Positions 51,470 to 61,506 of a DNA stretch of 64,000 bases are shown here, in pieces. Position numbers and translations under genes: made by a program. The stretch is taken from positions 516,136 to 580,135 of the forward strand of contig CAXRFO010000012.1 in NCBI GenBank assembly GCA_964230025.1, given 5' to 3'. How positions within the stretch are numbered: the stretch's first letter is position 1; each line of letters opens with the position of its first letter. The stretch comes from Flavobacteriales bacterium (GTDB lineage Bacteria > Bacteroidota > Bacteroidia > Flavobacteriales_D > JAUILH01). The notes under the pieces are model-generated. The model ran no database searches and had not been told where the DNA came from. It worked only from the letters and a program-made list of their open reading frames with translations.

Positions 51470-51925
51470 TTACTTTATGGTATTGATATCGATTGCTTCT
51501 GGTTTCTGAGCATCTTGATTGTGCTCGCCTCCAGAGTAGACTTTCAAATTCTTATAAATAGCTGCACCCAACTTGTTTTTTGGAAGCATTCCTTTTACTG
51601 CCTTTTCAACCAAAGTAATAGGATTTTTACTCATTACTTCTGCAGCGGTTAAAGAACGCTGACCACCTGGGTAGCCAGTGTGACGAATGTATTCTTTCGC
51701 CTCCCACTTATTTCCGGTAAGGTTTACTTTTTCAGCGTTTATAACAATTACATTATCTCCACAATCCGCATGAGGAGTGAAGTTTGTTTTATGCTTTCCA
51801 CGCAACAAGTAAGCTACGTTGCTAGCCAAACGACCTAAATTCTGTCCTTCTGCATCAACCAATAACCACTTTTTTTCTGCGGTTTCCTTGTTGGCTGAAA
51901 TCGTCTTGTAACTCAGTGTATTCAC
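51470..51925 (-). CDS. rplM: 50S ribosomal protein L13
   Basis: [13 protein letters not shown]...[16 protein letters not shown]. Probable GTG start at 51925; the ORF-track call is 5-prime extended. Confidence 0.9.
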   Translation of the reverse strand: MNTLSYKTISANKETAEKKWLLVDAEGQNLGRLASNVAYLLRGKHKTNFTPHADCGDNVIVINAEKVNLTGNKWEAKEYIRHTGYPGGQRSLTAAEVMSKNPITLVEKAVKGMLPKNKLGAAIYKNLKVYSGGEHNQDAQKPEAIDINTIK

Positions 51926-52143
51926 GGTATTTACAACTTTTAAAATGCTTCTTTCCCAAAATTGGGGGTGCAAACATACGGCTATTTTTCAAGTTCTCAA
52001 ATAAAAACTGTTCATTTTTTCGCTAAAATGTTGATTAAGTTTGTTCAAAGTCTCATTTATTGCTTTTAGCTCATACATCAGCTGTTGTAAGAGCAATTTA
52101 AATTCAGAAAAAACCATATTGATATAAGGCTTAAATTTGCACT

Positions 52144-52818
52144 GTGAAAAAGTACGCGGGGATAATTATTGTGGCGATTTTATTTGGTGGAGGTGCGATT
52201 TGGGCAGGATTCTTCATAAAGTCAAACGGACAAGACAGAAAAGAGAAGCCCAAGGTTGTGAATTTTGATCAAGTAAAGGATGAATTCAAGTCAGATCAAG
52301 CAAAAAATAAAAGCGGTCAAATTAAAGTTGAATCCTTTTATTTAACTAATCAAGATGGAGAAGGCTTTGGATCCGAACGTGTAAGGGGGAAGGTTTATGT
52401 TGCGGACTTCTTTTTTACGACTTGTGGAACAATTTGTCCAAGAATGAGTCACCAACTTGAGCGGGTTCAAGAAGAAATGAAAAAGCACAAGGACTTTCAA
52501 ATTGTAAGTTTTTCCATTTGGCCAGAGCAAGATACGGTTCAAGCCCTAAAAGCTTACGCTGAACTGCATGGAGCCAATCCGAAACAATGGAACTTCCTGA
52601 CCGGAAAAAGGGAAGATATTTATCGCTTAGCTCGAAATTCCTTCTTTACGCTTAAGCCAGCCGCCTTGGACGAAATTGGTGATGCCGGCAGCGAGTTTAT
52701 CCATACTGACAACTTTGTTTTGGTGGACCAAGATGGCTTTGTTCGTGGATTCTTTAATGGAACAAAACCGGAAGAGGTAGATAAAATGATGGAGGAAGCC
52801 AAGCTGTTATTGAATTAA
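52144..52818 (+). CDS. SCO1/SenC family thioredoxin-like copper chaperone
   Basis: N-terminal TM helix. FFFTTCGTICPRM (CxxxC) motif. Confidence 0.75.
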   Translation: MKKYAGIIIVAILFGGGAIWAGFFIKSNGQDRKEKPKVVNFDQVKDEFKSDQAKNKSGQIKVESFYLTNQDGEGFGSERVRGKVYVADFFFTTCGTICPRMSHQLERVQEEMKKHKDFQIVSFSIWPEQDTVQALKAYAELHGANPKQWNFLTGKREDIYRLARNSFFTLKPAALDEIGDAGSEFIHTDNFVLVDQDGFVRGFFNGTKPEEVDKMMEEAKLLLN

Positions 52819-53573
52819 CCGCCTAGTTTATCTTTTAGGGTCTTCATAAAGGAGCTGGCATATACAAACTCCAAAATCCTTGGATTGTCCGTTTTAATTA
52901 TTTCCTTATTATTTCCTTCCCACTCTTTGTGTCCTTGATATATGAACATAATGTTATCACCTATTTCGATAACTGAATTCATATCGTGGGTAATTACAAC
53001 CGTAGTCATATTGTATTCATAAGTAATCTCACGAATAAGGTTATCAATTACAATAGAGGTTCGGGGATCAAGACCTGAATTTGGTTCGTCACAAAATAAG
53101 TACTTTGGATTCATTGCAATGGCCCTGGCAATGGCAATCCTTTTCTGCATTCCTCCGGAGGTTTCGGCTGGATAAAGGTGGTTCTTGTTTTCCAACTCAA
53201 CTCTTTTAAGACAGAAATTAGCACGATCACGCATCTCCTCTCTGCTCATCTTTGTAAACATGGTAAGGGGAAACATGACGTTCTGCTCTACGGTTAAAAA
53301 ATCAAAAAGCGCAGAGCCCTGAAAAAGCATACCTATTTCCTTACGTATATCTTTTCTCTTTTTGTTTTTAAGTTGAGTAAAGTTTCTTCCATCGTAAATC
53401 ACCGAACCGGAGTCTGGTTCATGCAAACCTACTATACACTTTGTTAAAACGGACTTACCCGATCCGGATTGACCAATGATCAGATTCGTTTTACCCGTTT
53501 CAAAGGTGAAATTGATATCGTGAAGAATTTGGGTCCCTACAAAGGATTTGTTTATGTTCTTTAACTCTATCAT
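52815..53573 (-). CDS. ABC transporter ATP-binding protein, MlaF-like
   Basis: Walker A GQSGSGKS, ABC signature SGGMQKRIAIARA, Walker B FCDEP. Confidence 0.75.
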   Translation of the reverse strand: MIELKNINKSFVGTQILHDINFTFETGKTNLIIGQSGSGKSVLTKCIVGLHEPDSGSVIYDGRNFTQLKNKKRKDIRKEIGMLFQGSALFDFLTVEQNVMFPLTMFTKMSREEMRDRANFCLKRVELENKNHLYPAETSGGMQKRIAIARAIAMNPKYLFCDEPNSGLDPRTSIVIDNLIREITYEYNMTTVVITHDMNSVIEIGDNIMFIYQGHKEWEGNNKEIIKTDNPRILEFVYASSFMKTLKDKLGG

Positions 53574-54316
53574 ATCAGCATTAACTGGGTAATGATTAGG
53601 TTAAAAACAAGGATAAGAATTGAACTGGTTACTACCGCATTGGTTGAGGCTTTACCAACATCTAAGGCCCCTCCTTTGGTAAAGTAACCATAGTATGAAG
53701 AAACCATACTAATTATAAAACCAAAAACCACAGGCTTAACCAAAGCATACTTTATGGTATACCCTTCAAAATAATAACGTATCCCTTCCACATAAACTTC
53801 AGGCGAAGGCAGCTTATCGATCAACTCACAAGCCAAGTATCCACCATACATACTCAAAAGCATTGAGTATATGACCAAAAAAGGAAACATGGTCATGGTT
53901 GCCAACATTTTTGGACCTATGAGGTAAGATGCAGAATTTACACCCATAATATCCAAAGCGTCTATTTGCTCTGTAACTCTCATAGTGCCTATTTCACCGG
54001 CTATATTTGAACCCACTTTACCAGCCAAAATCAAACAGATTATGGTCGGAGAAAATTCTAGAATGGTTGATTGTCTCGTTGTATATCCTAGCGTGTAAGA
54101 AGGAATCCACGCTGATTCCGCAATCATTGCACCTGTTTGCATGGTGATTACGGCCCCCATAAACATGGAAATAATGAGTACAATTAATAAAGAGCCAATC
54201 CCTACTTTACCGCACTCAATCATGTACTGTTGCCAGTAAATACTAAGCTTCTCAGGTCGACCAACGACTCTTTTAAGTAAAAGGTAAAACCTTCCAATAT
54301 GGAAAAACACGTTCAA
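53570..54316 (-). CDS. ABC transporter permease, MlaE-like
   Basis: 248-aa polytopic membrane protein immediately upstream of, and overlapping, the MlaF-like ATPase. Confidence 0.7.
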   Translation of the reverse strand: MNVFFHIGRFYLLLKRVVGRPEKLSIYWQQYMIECGKVGIGSLLIVLIISMFMGAVITMQTGAMIAESAWIPSYTLGYTTRQSTILEFSPTIICLILAGKVGSNIAGEIGTMRVTEQIDALDIMGVNSASYLIGPKMLATMTMFPFLVIYSMLLSMYGGYLACELIDKLPSPEVYVEGIRYYFEGYTIKYALVKPVVFGFIISMVSSYYGYFTKGGALDVGKASTNAVVTSSILILVFNLIITQLMLI

Positions 54317-54368
54317 GTTACCCTATAGGTTTTAATATATTGGCGAAATTAGCTAAATTTGAAGAAGT

Positions 54369-54521
54369 ATGAGAAAGATCACTTTTATATTGTTAACGAT
54401 AAGCGTTGGATTGTTTATGCAAAAAGGCTGTGGCAAGAAAAAAGGTTGTGATTGCCCGGTTTGGGATACACCTGAAGAAACAGCTCATCCAATATCTGAT
54501 TCCAAAGAAAACGGAAATTAA
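54369..54521 (+). CDS. Candidate small secreted Cys-rich peptide (50 aa). Not in the supplied ORF track (below its 60-aa cutoff).
   Basis: ATG at 54369. MRKITFILLTISVGLFMQKGCGKKKGCDCPVWDTPEETAHPISDSKENGN. Preceded by TTG at about 54331 and TAAATTTG at 54355-54362, which fit the Bacteroidota -33/-7 motifs. Confidence 0.25.
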   Translation: MRKITFILLTISVGLFMQKGCGKKKGCDCPVWDTPEETAHPISDSKENGN

Positions 54522-54605
54522 ACAATTTAATAAAGGCTTGTTAGCCTTAATAACTTAGTGGCACTTCTGTAGTTCAAATGCTTATTTTTGCGCAAAAATT
54601 AAGTT

Positions 54606-55868
54606 ATGATCGTAGAAGAAAGCCGTTCACTCCCTCTCTCAACTTTAGCGGAAACTCTTCAAGGCTCCGAAATCATTAACCTTGCCGCGGAGGTCAAAAA
54701 ACAAATTGCTGCTGGCAAGAACATAAGTAACCTAACTATTGGTGACTTTAATTCTAAATTATTTCCCATACCAACGGAACTTAAGCAAGGAATAGTAGAT
54801 GCCTATATGGACGATCACACAAACTATCCTCCCTCAAATGGAATTCCGGAGTTGAGGGAATCAGTTTCTTCCTTTTTAAGTCGGAAGTTGGGTTTAGATT
54901 ACAGATCAGATCAAATACTAATTTCAGGTGGTGCTCGGCCTTTAATATATGCGGCTTATAGAGCCATTGTTAACCAAGATGATGCCGTGGTATTCCCTAC
55001 TCCATCATGGAATAACAACCATTACACTACCCTTAATTTTGGAAAGCAAATAGCCGTTCCAACAAGAGCAGAGAATAAATTTATGCCAACGGTAGATGAT
55101 ATTGCCCCTCACATTCAGGGCGCTTCACTTGTTGCAGTTTGTTCTCCCCTCAATCCAACAGGAACCGCATTTACCAAAAAAGACTTAAGCGAAATTTGTC
55201 AGCTTATTATAGATGAAAACAAGAGAAGAGGTCCTGAAGAAAAACCAGTTTATCTAATTTATGATCAAATATATTGGCAATTAACCTACGGTATTGACCA
55301 TGTTGACCCAGTAAATCTTTACCCTGAAATGAAAGATTATACCATATACATTGATGGTATTTCTAAGGCTTTTTGTGCTACTGGCGTAAGGGTTGGTTGG
55401 TCCTTTGGACCCGAGAAGATTATCGGAAAAATGAAGTCCATTCTCGGACATGTTGGAGCATGGTCGCCAAAAGCAGAACAAGTAGCCACTGCTCAATTTT
55501 TACAAAATGAGGAAGCTGTTTCAAGCTTTTTGGATTTAAATAAAACGAAAATAAAGTCCCGATTGGATAAAGTGTATGAAGGATTTATGGACCTTAAAAA
55601 CAAAGGCTACGCTGTAGATGCAATTGCACCTGAGGCTGCCATGTATTTGACGGTTGCCTTTAACTTGAGAGGACAAAGAGGATTAAACAGCACTGAGGAA
55701 ATAACCGATTATCTTTTAAATGAAGCAGGACTGGCCATTGTTCCATTTTATGCCTTTGGGAGCTCTAGGGATGAAACTTGGTATAGAATATCTGTAGGAA
55801 CACTGGATGAAAAAGAAGTTCCAGAAATTTTCAGTAGATTGGAACTTGCCTTGAGCAAATTAAAATAG
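54606..55868 (+). CDS. Pyridoxal-phosphate-dependent class I/II aminotransferase
   Basis: GIPELRESV, SPLNPTG, and YIDGISKAFCATGVRVGW (PLP-lysine motif SKxxxxxGxRxG). Confidence 0.75.
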   Translation: MIVEESRSLPLSTLAETLQGSEIINLAAEVKKQIAAGKNISNLTIGDFNSKLFPIPTELKQGIVDAYMDDHTNYPPSNGIPELRESVSSFLSRKLGLDYRSDQILISGGARPLIYAAYRAIVNQDDAVVFPTPSWNNNHYTTLNFGKQIAVPTRAENKFMPTVDDIAPHIQGASLVAVCSPLNPTGTAFTKKDLSEICQLIIDENKRRGPEEKPVYLIYDQIYWQLTYGIDHVDPVNLYPEMKDYTIYIDGISKAFCATGVRVGWSFGPEKIIGKMKSILGHVGAWSPKAEQVATAQFLQNEEAVSSFLDLNKTKIKSRLDKVYEGFMDLKNKGYAVDAIAPEAAMYLTVAFNLRGQRGLNSTEEITDYLLNEAGLAIVPFYAFGSSRDETWYRISVGTLDEKEVPEIFSRLELALSKLK

Positions 55869-55874
55869 GAAAAA

Positions 55875-56951
55875 GTGAAGAATAACTACGCAATCATAAT
55901 GGCTGGAGGAATCGGAAGTCGGTTCTGGCCCATGAGCAAAACAAGCTTTCCTAAGCAGTTTTTAGACATTTTGGGAACAGGTGAGACGTTGATACAAATG
56001 ACTTACCGCAGGTTTTTGGCCTTATGTCCGAAAGAAAACATATATGTTGTAACCAACGATGACTACAAATCTCTCGTGATGGAGCAACTTCCTGAAATGA
56101 AGGAAGGTCAGGTTTTGTGCGAGCCCTCTCGCAGAAACACAGCGCCTTGTATCGCATATGCAGCCTATAAAATTCATTTTCAAAACCCCAACGCAAGAAT
56201 GATGATTGCTCCTTCGGATCATCTCATTTTAAAAGAAAAGGCATTTGAAGACTCGATGAGTTTAGCCTTGGAGCAAGCAGATAAAGGAACGCTTGTCACA
56301 CTTGGAATAAAACCAAGCCGGCCTGATACCGGATATGGCTACATTCAATTTGTTGATGAGGGGGATGATAAAGAGGTGAAAAAGGTTAAAACTTTTACCG
56401 AAAAACCAAACTTAGAGCTTGCTCAAACTTTTTTGGATTCTGGAGACTTTTACTGGAATTCTGGGATTTTTGTGAGTACAACTCAAACCATGATAAACGC
56501 TTTTGCAGAACACCTAAATGAGGTTCATGTGTTGTTTGAACCCAAATTGAAAGAATTAAATGGACCTGAAGAAGCGGAGACCATTTCAGACATCTACGCG
56601 GTTTGTGCAAATGTTTCTATCGATTACGGAATCATGGAAAAAGCAAAAAACGTTTATGTTGTATTAAGCGATATTGGTTGGTCTGATCTTGGAACATGGG
56701 GCTCCTTGTACACGCATTTAAAACTTGATGAAAACAAGAACGCCAAGCTTGGTAAAAACGTTCGTTTATATGAGTGCAGTGATACCTTAGTACATTCTCA
56801 AAAAGAAAAACTAATGGTGCTGCAAGGCTTGGATGATTATATCGTGGTTGACACAAAGGAGGCCTTGCTGGTAGTTAAAAAATCAGAAGAGCAAAAAATA
56901 AAACAATTTGTAACCAACCTAAAAGCTGAAGGCTTGGATGATTTTGTTTAA
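55875..56951 (+). CDS. manC: Mannose-1-phosphate guanylyltransferase
   Basis: YAIIMAGGIGSRFWPMS nucleotidyltransferase motif. 358 aa. Confidence 0.8.
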   Translation: MKNNYAIIMAGGIGSRFWPMSKTSFPKQFLDILGTGETLIQMTYRRFLALCPKENIYVVTNDDYKSLVMEQLPEMKEGQVLCEPSRRNTAPCIAYAAYKIHFQNPNARMMIAPSDHLILKEKAFEDSMSLALEQADKGTLVTLGIKPSRPDTGYGYIQFVDEGDDKEVKKVKTFTEKPNLELAQTFLDSGDFYWNSGIFVSTTQTMINAFAEHLNEVHVLFEPKLKELNGPEEAETISDIYAVCANVSIDYGIMEKAKNVYVVLSDIGWSDLGTWGSLYTHLKLDENKNAKLGKNVRLYECSDTLVHSQKEKLMVLQGLDDYIVVDTKEALLVVKKSEEQKIKQFVTNLKAEGLDDFV

Positions 56952-58690
56952 GAAGGTTTTATGTCTTTCACCATCAATTGAAGGTTTTCTCGTCCATTCC
57001 ACACATTCTTTTCAATGGTGTATATGAGATCAAATGTCTCGTTTTTAACACAATTAAAGTGTTCGGGCATTCGAAAGGCAATGGCAGCATAGGCGTCTTG
57101 CGACTTACCCTTTTGAGTTGCGGTAAATTTCAAATGTTCGTCTTTCAGTAATTTTGCAAAGCCTGAATCTGACACTCCACGAGTAATAAAAGTTGGTCGC
57201 ATGTTGCCTGGACCAAATGGAGAAAGTTTATCCAGCACCTTATAAAAAACAGGAATAGCATCATTGCTCCCTTCTTGAATTTCATGGAAATCAATTTCAA
57301 GATCGGCATCTATGCTTTCAATAAGTTCATCTTTTTTTATGCGCTTTGCTACTTCTTGTTCGAAGGCATTTCTAAAACCCTCAAACTTTTCTTTCTTAAT
57401 CGTCAACCCTGCTGCCATATCATGGCCCCCAAATTGTATGATATAATCGCTGCATGCATTAAGACACTCATATGCGTTAACCCCCGGAATAGAGCGCACC
57501 GAACCTGATAGAATTCCATCATTTTCTGAAAAAACAACCGTTGGGCGGTAATAATTTTCAATGAGACGAGAAGCTACAATTCCAATAACCCCTTTATGCC
57601 ACTCTTCTCCACTTATTACGGTAGAGAATCGGTCATGAGCATCAGGCCATAAGGATATCTCATGAAGTGCATTTTCCGTAATTTCTTTATCCAGCTCTTT
57701 ACGGTCTTTATTGTAATTATTGATCTCACTTACTAAATTATCAAGGTCTTGTTCTTTTTCGGAAAGTAAAAATGCGACTGCTCGAGAACCACTAAAAATT
57801 CTTCCTGCCGCATTTATTTTCGGCCCTATTTTAAATACCACATCGGAGGTGCTCAACTTTTGGAAGTTCTCATCTAGCTCTAGAAGTTTTTTAAAGCAAG
57901 CCCGTGGGTGTTTGTTCAAAAGCTTCATTCCTGCATAAGAAAGCACTCGGTTCTCTCCAGTCATGTCTACTATGTCACAGGCTATTGAAATAGCCACCAA
58001 GTCTACCTCTAACCATAGTTTATTTTGGTTCCAATCATTTTTTTCAGCTAAAGCCTGCATAAACTTAAAACCGACTCCACAGCCAGAAAGTTCCTTGTAA
58101 GGATATTCGCAAAAAGCTTGTTTTGGGTTCAAAATATAGGCATCTGGCAACTCCTCTCCAGGTAAATGATGGTCACATATAATTAAATCTATTCCAAATT
58201 CATTAGCCAGGTCTACCTCCTTTATAGCGGTAATTCCGCAGTCAAGAGCTATGACAAGACTTACACCATTTTTTTTTGCAGCCTTTATCCCTTGTTCGGA
58301 TAAACCATAGCCTTCACTATAACGATCCGGTATGTAATACTCAAGGTTATCGTAGTGTTGTCGTAAAAACCCAAACACCAATGCTACCGCAGTAGTGCCA
58401 TCAACATCATAGTCCCCATATACCATTATTCTTTCACCATTGCCTAGGGCCTCCTCAAGCCTATCGACCGCCTCATCCATGTTCTTCATTAGAAAAGGAT
58501 CATGGATCATGCTTGTTTTAGGATTTAAAAAATGCGCCGCCTTTTCCTTGGTATCGATACCACGCTGAACAAGAATCTGAGCTGTTATTTTATTTACACC
58601 CAAAGAACGCTTCAATTCATTCACTTTTTCCTTGGGCGGCAATGCCTTTAAATTCCATTTTTTTTGCGTAATTTGCTTCTCTTGATTCAT
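56948..58690 (-). CDS. recJ: Single-stranded-DNA-specific exonuclease RecJ
   Basis: DHH motifs (MVYGDYDVDGTTAVAL; IALDCG; ICDHH) and DHHA1 (GGHDMAAG). Start trimmed to MNQEKQ. Confidence 0.85.
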   Translation of the reverse strand: MNQEKQITQKKWNLKALPPKEKVNELKRSLGVNKITAQILVQRGIDTKEKAAHFLNPKTSMIHDPFLMKNMDEAVDRLEEALGNGERIMVYGDYDVDGTTAVALVFGFLRQHYDNLEYYIPDRYSEGYGLSEQGIKAAKKNGVSLVIALDCGITAIKEVDLANEFGIDLIICDHHLPGEELPDAYILNPKQAFCEYPYKELSGCGVGFKFMQALAEKNDWNQNKLWLEVDLVAISIACDIVDMTGENRVLSYAGMKLLNKHPRACFKKLLELDENFQKLSTSDVVFKIGPKINAAGRIFSGSRAVAFLLSEKEQDLDNLVSEINNYNKDRKELDKEITENALHEISLWPDAHDRFSTVISGEEWHKGVIGIVASRLIENYYRPTVVFSENDGILSGSVRSIPGVNAYECLNACSDYIIQFGGHDMAAGLTIKKEKFEGFRNAFEQEVAKRIKKDELIESIDADLEIDFHEIQEGSNDAIPVFYKVLDKLSPFGPGNMRPTFITRGVSDSGFAKLLKDEHLKFTATQKGKSQDAYAAIAFRMPEHFNCVKNETFDLIYTIEKNVWNGRENLQLMVKDIKPS

Positions 58691-59348
58691 GAGATACTTG
58701 GGCACATTTATATTCGTAAACTTTCTTTTGGGGTTCAACTCAGAAGCTCAGCAAGAATTAAGCTCAGCTTATTTTATTCAAACTCAAGAGTCCAAAATAA
58801 ACAATATTTCTGAGATTCCGACCATATTTCATGGTACATTTCATTCAATAATAGACAGCACCAGAAATATTGAAATAAATGCTGAAGGCGCCTCTTCTCT
58901 TAAGTATGTACTTAACTACATGCCCATTGAATTGGTCAATACAAGTGCGAGTTATTTTATTAGAGATAATTGGTTGTTTGGAATAAAAAGAAATGATAGC
59001 CTAAGTTGCCTTGTTGACAACGACACCTGCTATTACCTTGTCCCTCTGGAAAGCAAGGTTTTTGATCCTAATGAAATTCCCATAGTGCTTTCTGAAAACA
59101 AAATGCTTGTATTCAAAAAAGCTAAAGAAAATGAGTTTACTGTTCAACTATGGGAAATAGAAAATGGTGTGTTAAGTGTTGCCAGCTTTGACCATGAAGT
59201 ATGTATCGATTTAATAAAATCAATATCTCAAGAAGAGAAAAAGGATGAATACGGTACCCTAAACTACTTCATCCCCATAAACAAAAAAAACATCCAAAAA
59301 ATATTGGACTCGGAGGGTTTTTCTGACAAAAACAACTTTAGACTTTAA
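58689..59348 (+). CDS. Hypothetical secreted protein (219 aa), first gene of a four-gene cluster
   Basis: Signal peptide (MRYLGTFIFVNFLLGFNSEAQQ). Stop overlaps the next start (TAATG). Confidence 0.45.
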   Translation: MRYLGTFIFVNFLLGFNSEAQQELSSAYFIQTQESKINNISEIPTIFHGTFHSIIDSTRNIEINAEGASSLKYVLNYMPIELVNTSASYFIRDNWLFGIKRNDSLSCLVDNDTCYYLVPLESKVFDPNEIPIVLSENKMLVFKKAKENEFTVQLWEIENGVLSVASFDHEVCIDLIKSISQEEKKDEYGTLNYFIPINKKNIQKILDSEGFSDKNNFRL

Positions 59349-61051
59349 TGAGAATCATCTTGTTTATACTTTGTTGTGTCAGTTATTCACTTGCACAAAA
59401 TGTTGAGCTCGATAGTTTAGATTATAGAAACTATGACTTTCCAGACAAGATATCTATTTCAAAATGTAAAAACATTCTCAAAACTAGTGACCTTGATTTA
59501 CAAGAAAGCTACGACAGCTATGGAGATTATAATTACTACAGGTATATGTACGGAGGTGGTAGCAGATTGGGCTTAGGTTTTCCAACAGATCAAAACGAAG
59601 AGGATGTGAAACTCTTTTATATAGGCTCCTCTCAGGATGGCAAGGTGGCGTATACTATTTTACCTCAATCCTTCGGCTACGACTACTTCTATGCTCAAAC
59701 CATTATCCAAGATATAAATACACAGGAAATTTTATGGCACCATCATGTAAGATATGAGTTCCCAGACTTCTCATATTTTCTTGAGGGCAATGATTCCTTG
59801 CAAGACTCTACCTATTATGCTCCGGATAATTTAGGAAAATATTGGGTGAAGAACTATAACCTCATTTCATCAAAACTCTTTGAACACAAAATCGTTCAGA
59901 AGTCTAAAAAAGCACGTAAGCGATATGAGGTATACAACGACATAAAGTTTGCTAAAGGCCGATGGGAAGACGAAAAAATATTCGTTGATATGGTGGTTAA
60001 TTTCAAAGGGGATACCACTACAATTAGCTGGATGCCTTTGGAAGAAGGAATGTTAGGCGTCCAATTTTCCGGTTACATTCCAAATCATATGAAGGAGGAT
60101 GAGGGTGTAGCTATTTTTTTGGAAGTTTATCCTTTAGAAAAGGAGCTTATACCGGTTAACGAAGAGGAAGAAAATGGTGAGGCGCACCATGTTTACAAGC
60201 GAATTCGCTTACTTCCCATTACCACTAAATTTCAAGTGGGAATTGAAAGAAAGATGCTCAACCCTGAAAAAAAATACAAGCATAACAAGTCCATTAGTCA
60301 ATACGAGGGATATCGCAAACTCAACCTGACGGAGATTATTTCTGATCAAATTGGACTGGATGAAGTTGAATGGATTCAGAAGTATGGTGGCCCCTACATT
60401 GATTTTCATCATACAACAGAAACGTATGAACACGTTTATAAGGATTACAGAAAAAACAATAAAATAGCTCCTGAATTTACCCTTGATGGAGAGAACTATT
60501 TTCTTGCCCAAACCAGAGGTCGTTCTTACAACGATACGCGAACTTATATTTTAGGTAATAACAAGAATGATTCCGGCTATATTTCTAATCGCCATTATAT
60601 ATTGCATTACGAGTCGGATAGTGGAGACTTTTCCTACTTTTTGGATTTTTCGAAAATGAGAGACTGGAATAATTCCCAAATAAACTACCTCTTGTACAAC
60701 TCCGATAGTATTGTTTATATCATGTTAGCTGGTGAGACTCCGGATAAGGAGGGTGATTTTATCATTGCCTACGACTACAAAAACGAGCAAACATTATGGC
60801 GCTCAGAAAACAGCACTGCTAACTCGCTAAGCATGTGTTATAATAAAGATGTTCTTTTTTGCGGATTTTCGGATGGAGAAAATCATTGCATCAATTTAAT
60901 TAATCGCCTAAATGGTGAACTTATTAATTCTATTAAAATAGAGTTTCCAGCAAAGTGGTTGGTTTTAGAAGGTGAATTTTTAGAGGTTTTTGCCGGAAGA
61001 TCAAATTACGAGTTTAAAATGACCTCTTCTTTTTTCAAAGGATTAGAATAA
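59348..61051 (+). CDS. Hypothetical secreted protein (567 aa), rich in Tyr/Asn/Asp
   Basis: Signal peptide (MRIILFILCCVSYSLAQ). No catalytic motif recognised. Translationally coupled on both sides. Confidence 0.5.
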   Translation: MRIILFILCCVSYSLAQNVELDSLDYRNYDFPDKISISKCKNILKTSDLDLQESYDSYGDYNYYRYMYGGGSRLGLGFPTDQNEEDVKLFYIGSSQDGKVAYTILPQSFGYDYFYAQTIIQDINTQEILWHHHVRYEFPDFSYFLEGNDSLQDSTYYAPDNLGKYWVKNYNLISSKLFEHKIVQKSKKARKRYEVYNDIKFAKGRWEDEKIFVDMVVNFKGDTTTISWMPLEEGMLGVQFSGYIPNHMKEDEGVAIFLEVYPLEKELIPVNEEEENGEAHHVYKRIRLLPITTKFQVGIERKMLNPEKKYKHNKSISQYEGYRKLNLTEIISDQIGLDEVEWIQKYGGPYIDFHHTTETYEHVYKDYRKNNKIAPEFTLDGENYFLAQTRGRSYNDTRTYILGNNKNDSGYISNRHYILHYESDSGDFSYFLDFSKMRDWNNSQINYLLYNSDSIVYIMLAGETPDKEGDFIIAYDYKNEQTLWRSENSTANSLSMCYNKDVLFCGFSDGENHCINLINRLNGELINSIKIEFPAKWLVLEGEFLEVFAGRSNYEFKMTSSFFKGLE

Positions 61052-61455
61052 TGAAATATCGCCTACTCAACCAGGAAGAATTAAATGAACTGAAACCAGA
61101 GTTTATAAAATTTCTAATTATTAATGGGATAGACGCAGACGAATGGGAGAAAATAAAAAAAGAAGATCCCTCCGCAGCAAAAGGCATTGTTGAGCAATTC
61201 AGTGAGTCTATATTTGAGGGGGTTTGTAGGAAAATATCTTTTTTATGCTTGAATAATGATGACCTTCTGATTGCTGTACAGTTTTTAGAAAATAAAATGA
61301 ATGTAATTAGAAAAAGTAAGACGAACGAACAAGTGACACTGGATGAAAAACCCTACAAACACAGTCGCGAAGAAGACATCTTTTTTCTATTAAACAACGG
61401 CTATCGCAAAGAAGAGGCCGAAAGTGTTTTTAAAAAGCTTTGCCTGGAATTATAA
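61051..61455 (+). CDS. Hypothetical small acidic cytoplasmic protein (134 aa)
   Basis: Start overlaps the previous stop (TAATGA). No signal peptide. Confidence 0.45.
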   Translation: MKYRLLNQEELNELKPEFIKFLIINGIDADEWEKIKKEDPSAAKGIVEQFSESIFEGVCRKISFLCLNNDDLLIAVQFLENKMNVIRKSKTNEQVTLDEKPYKHSREEDIFFLLNNGYRKEEAESVFKKLCLEL

Positions 61456-61506
61456 TTCTTGGCACAAACTTTGAATCCTACTTACTGGACACAAAAACTC
61501 ACTAAA

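Noticed and set aside
51973-52144. Possible ribosomal-protein leader riboswitch or ncRNA upstream of rplM
   Set aside because: The region is AT-rich with no conserved-looking stem structure recognisable by eye. It probably only holds divergent promoters for rplM-rpsI and the SCO gene.
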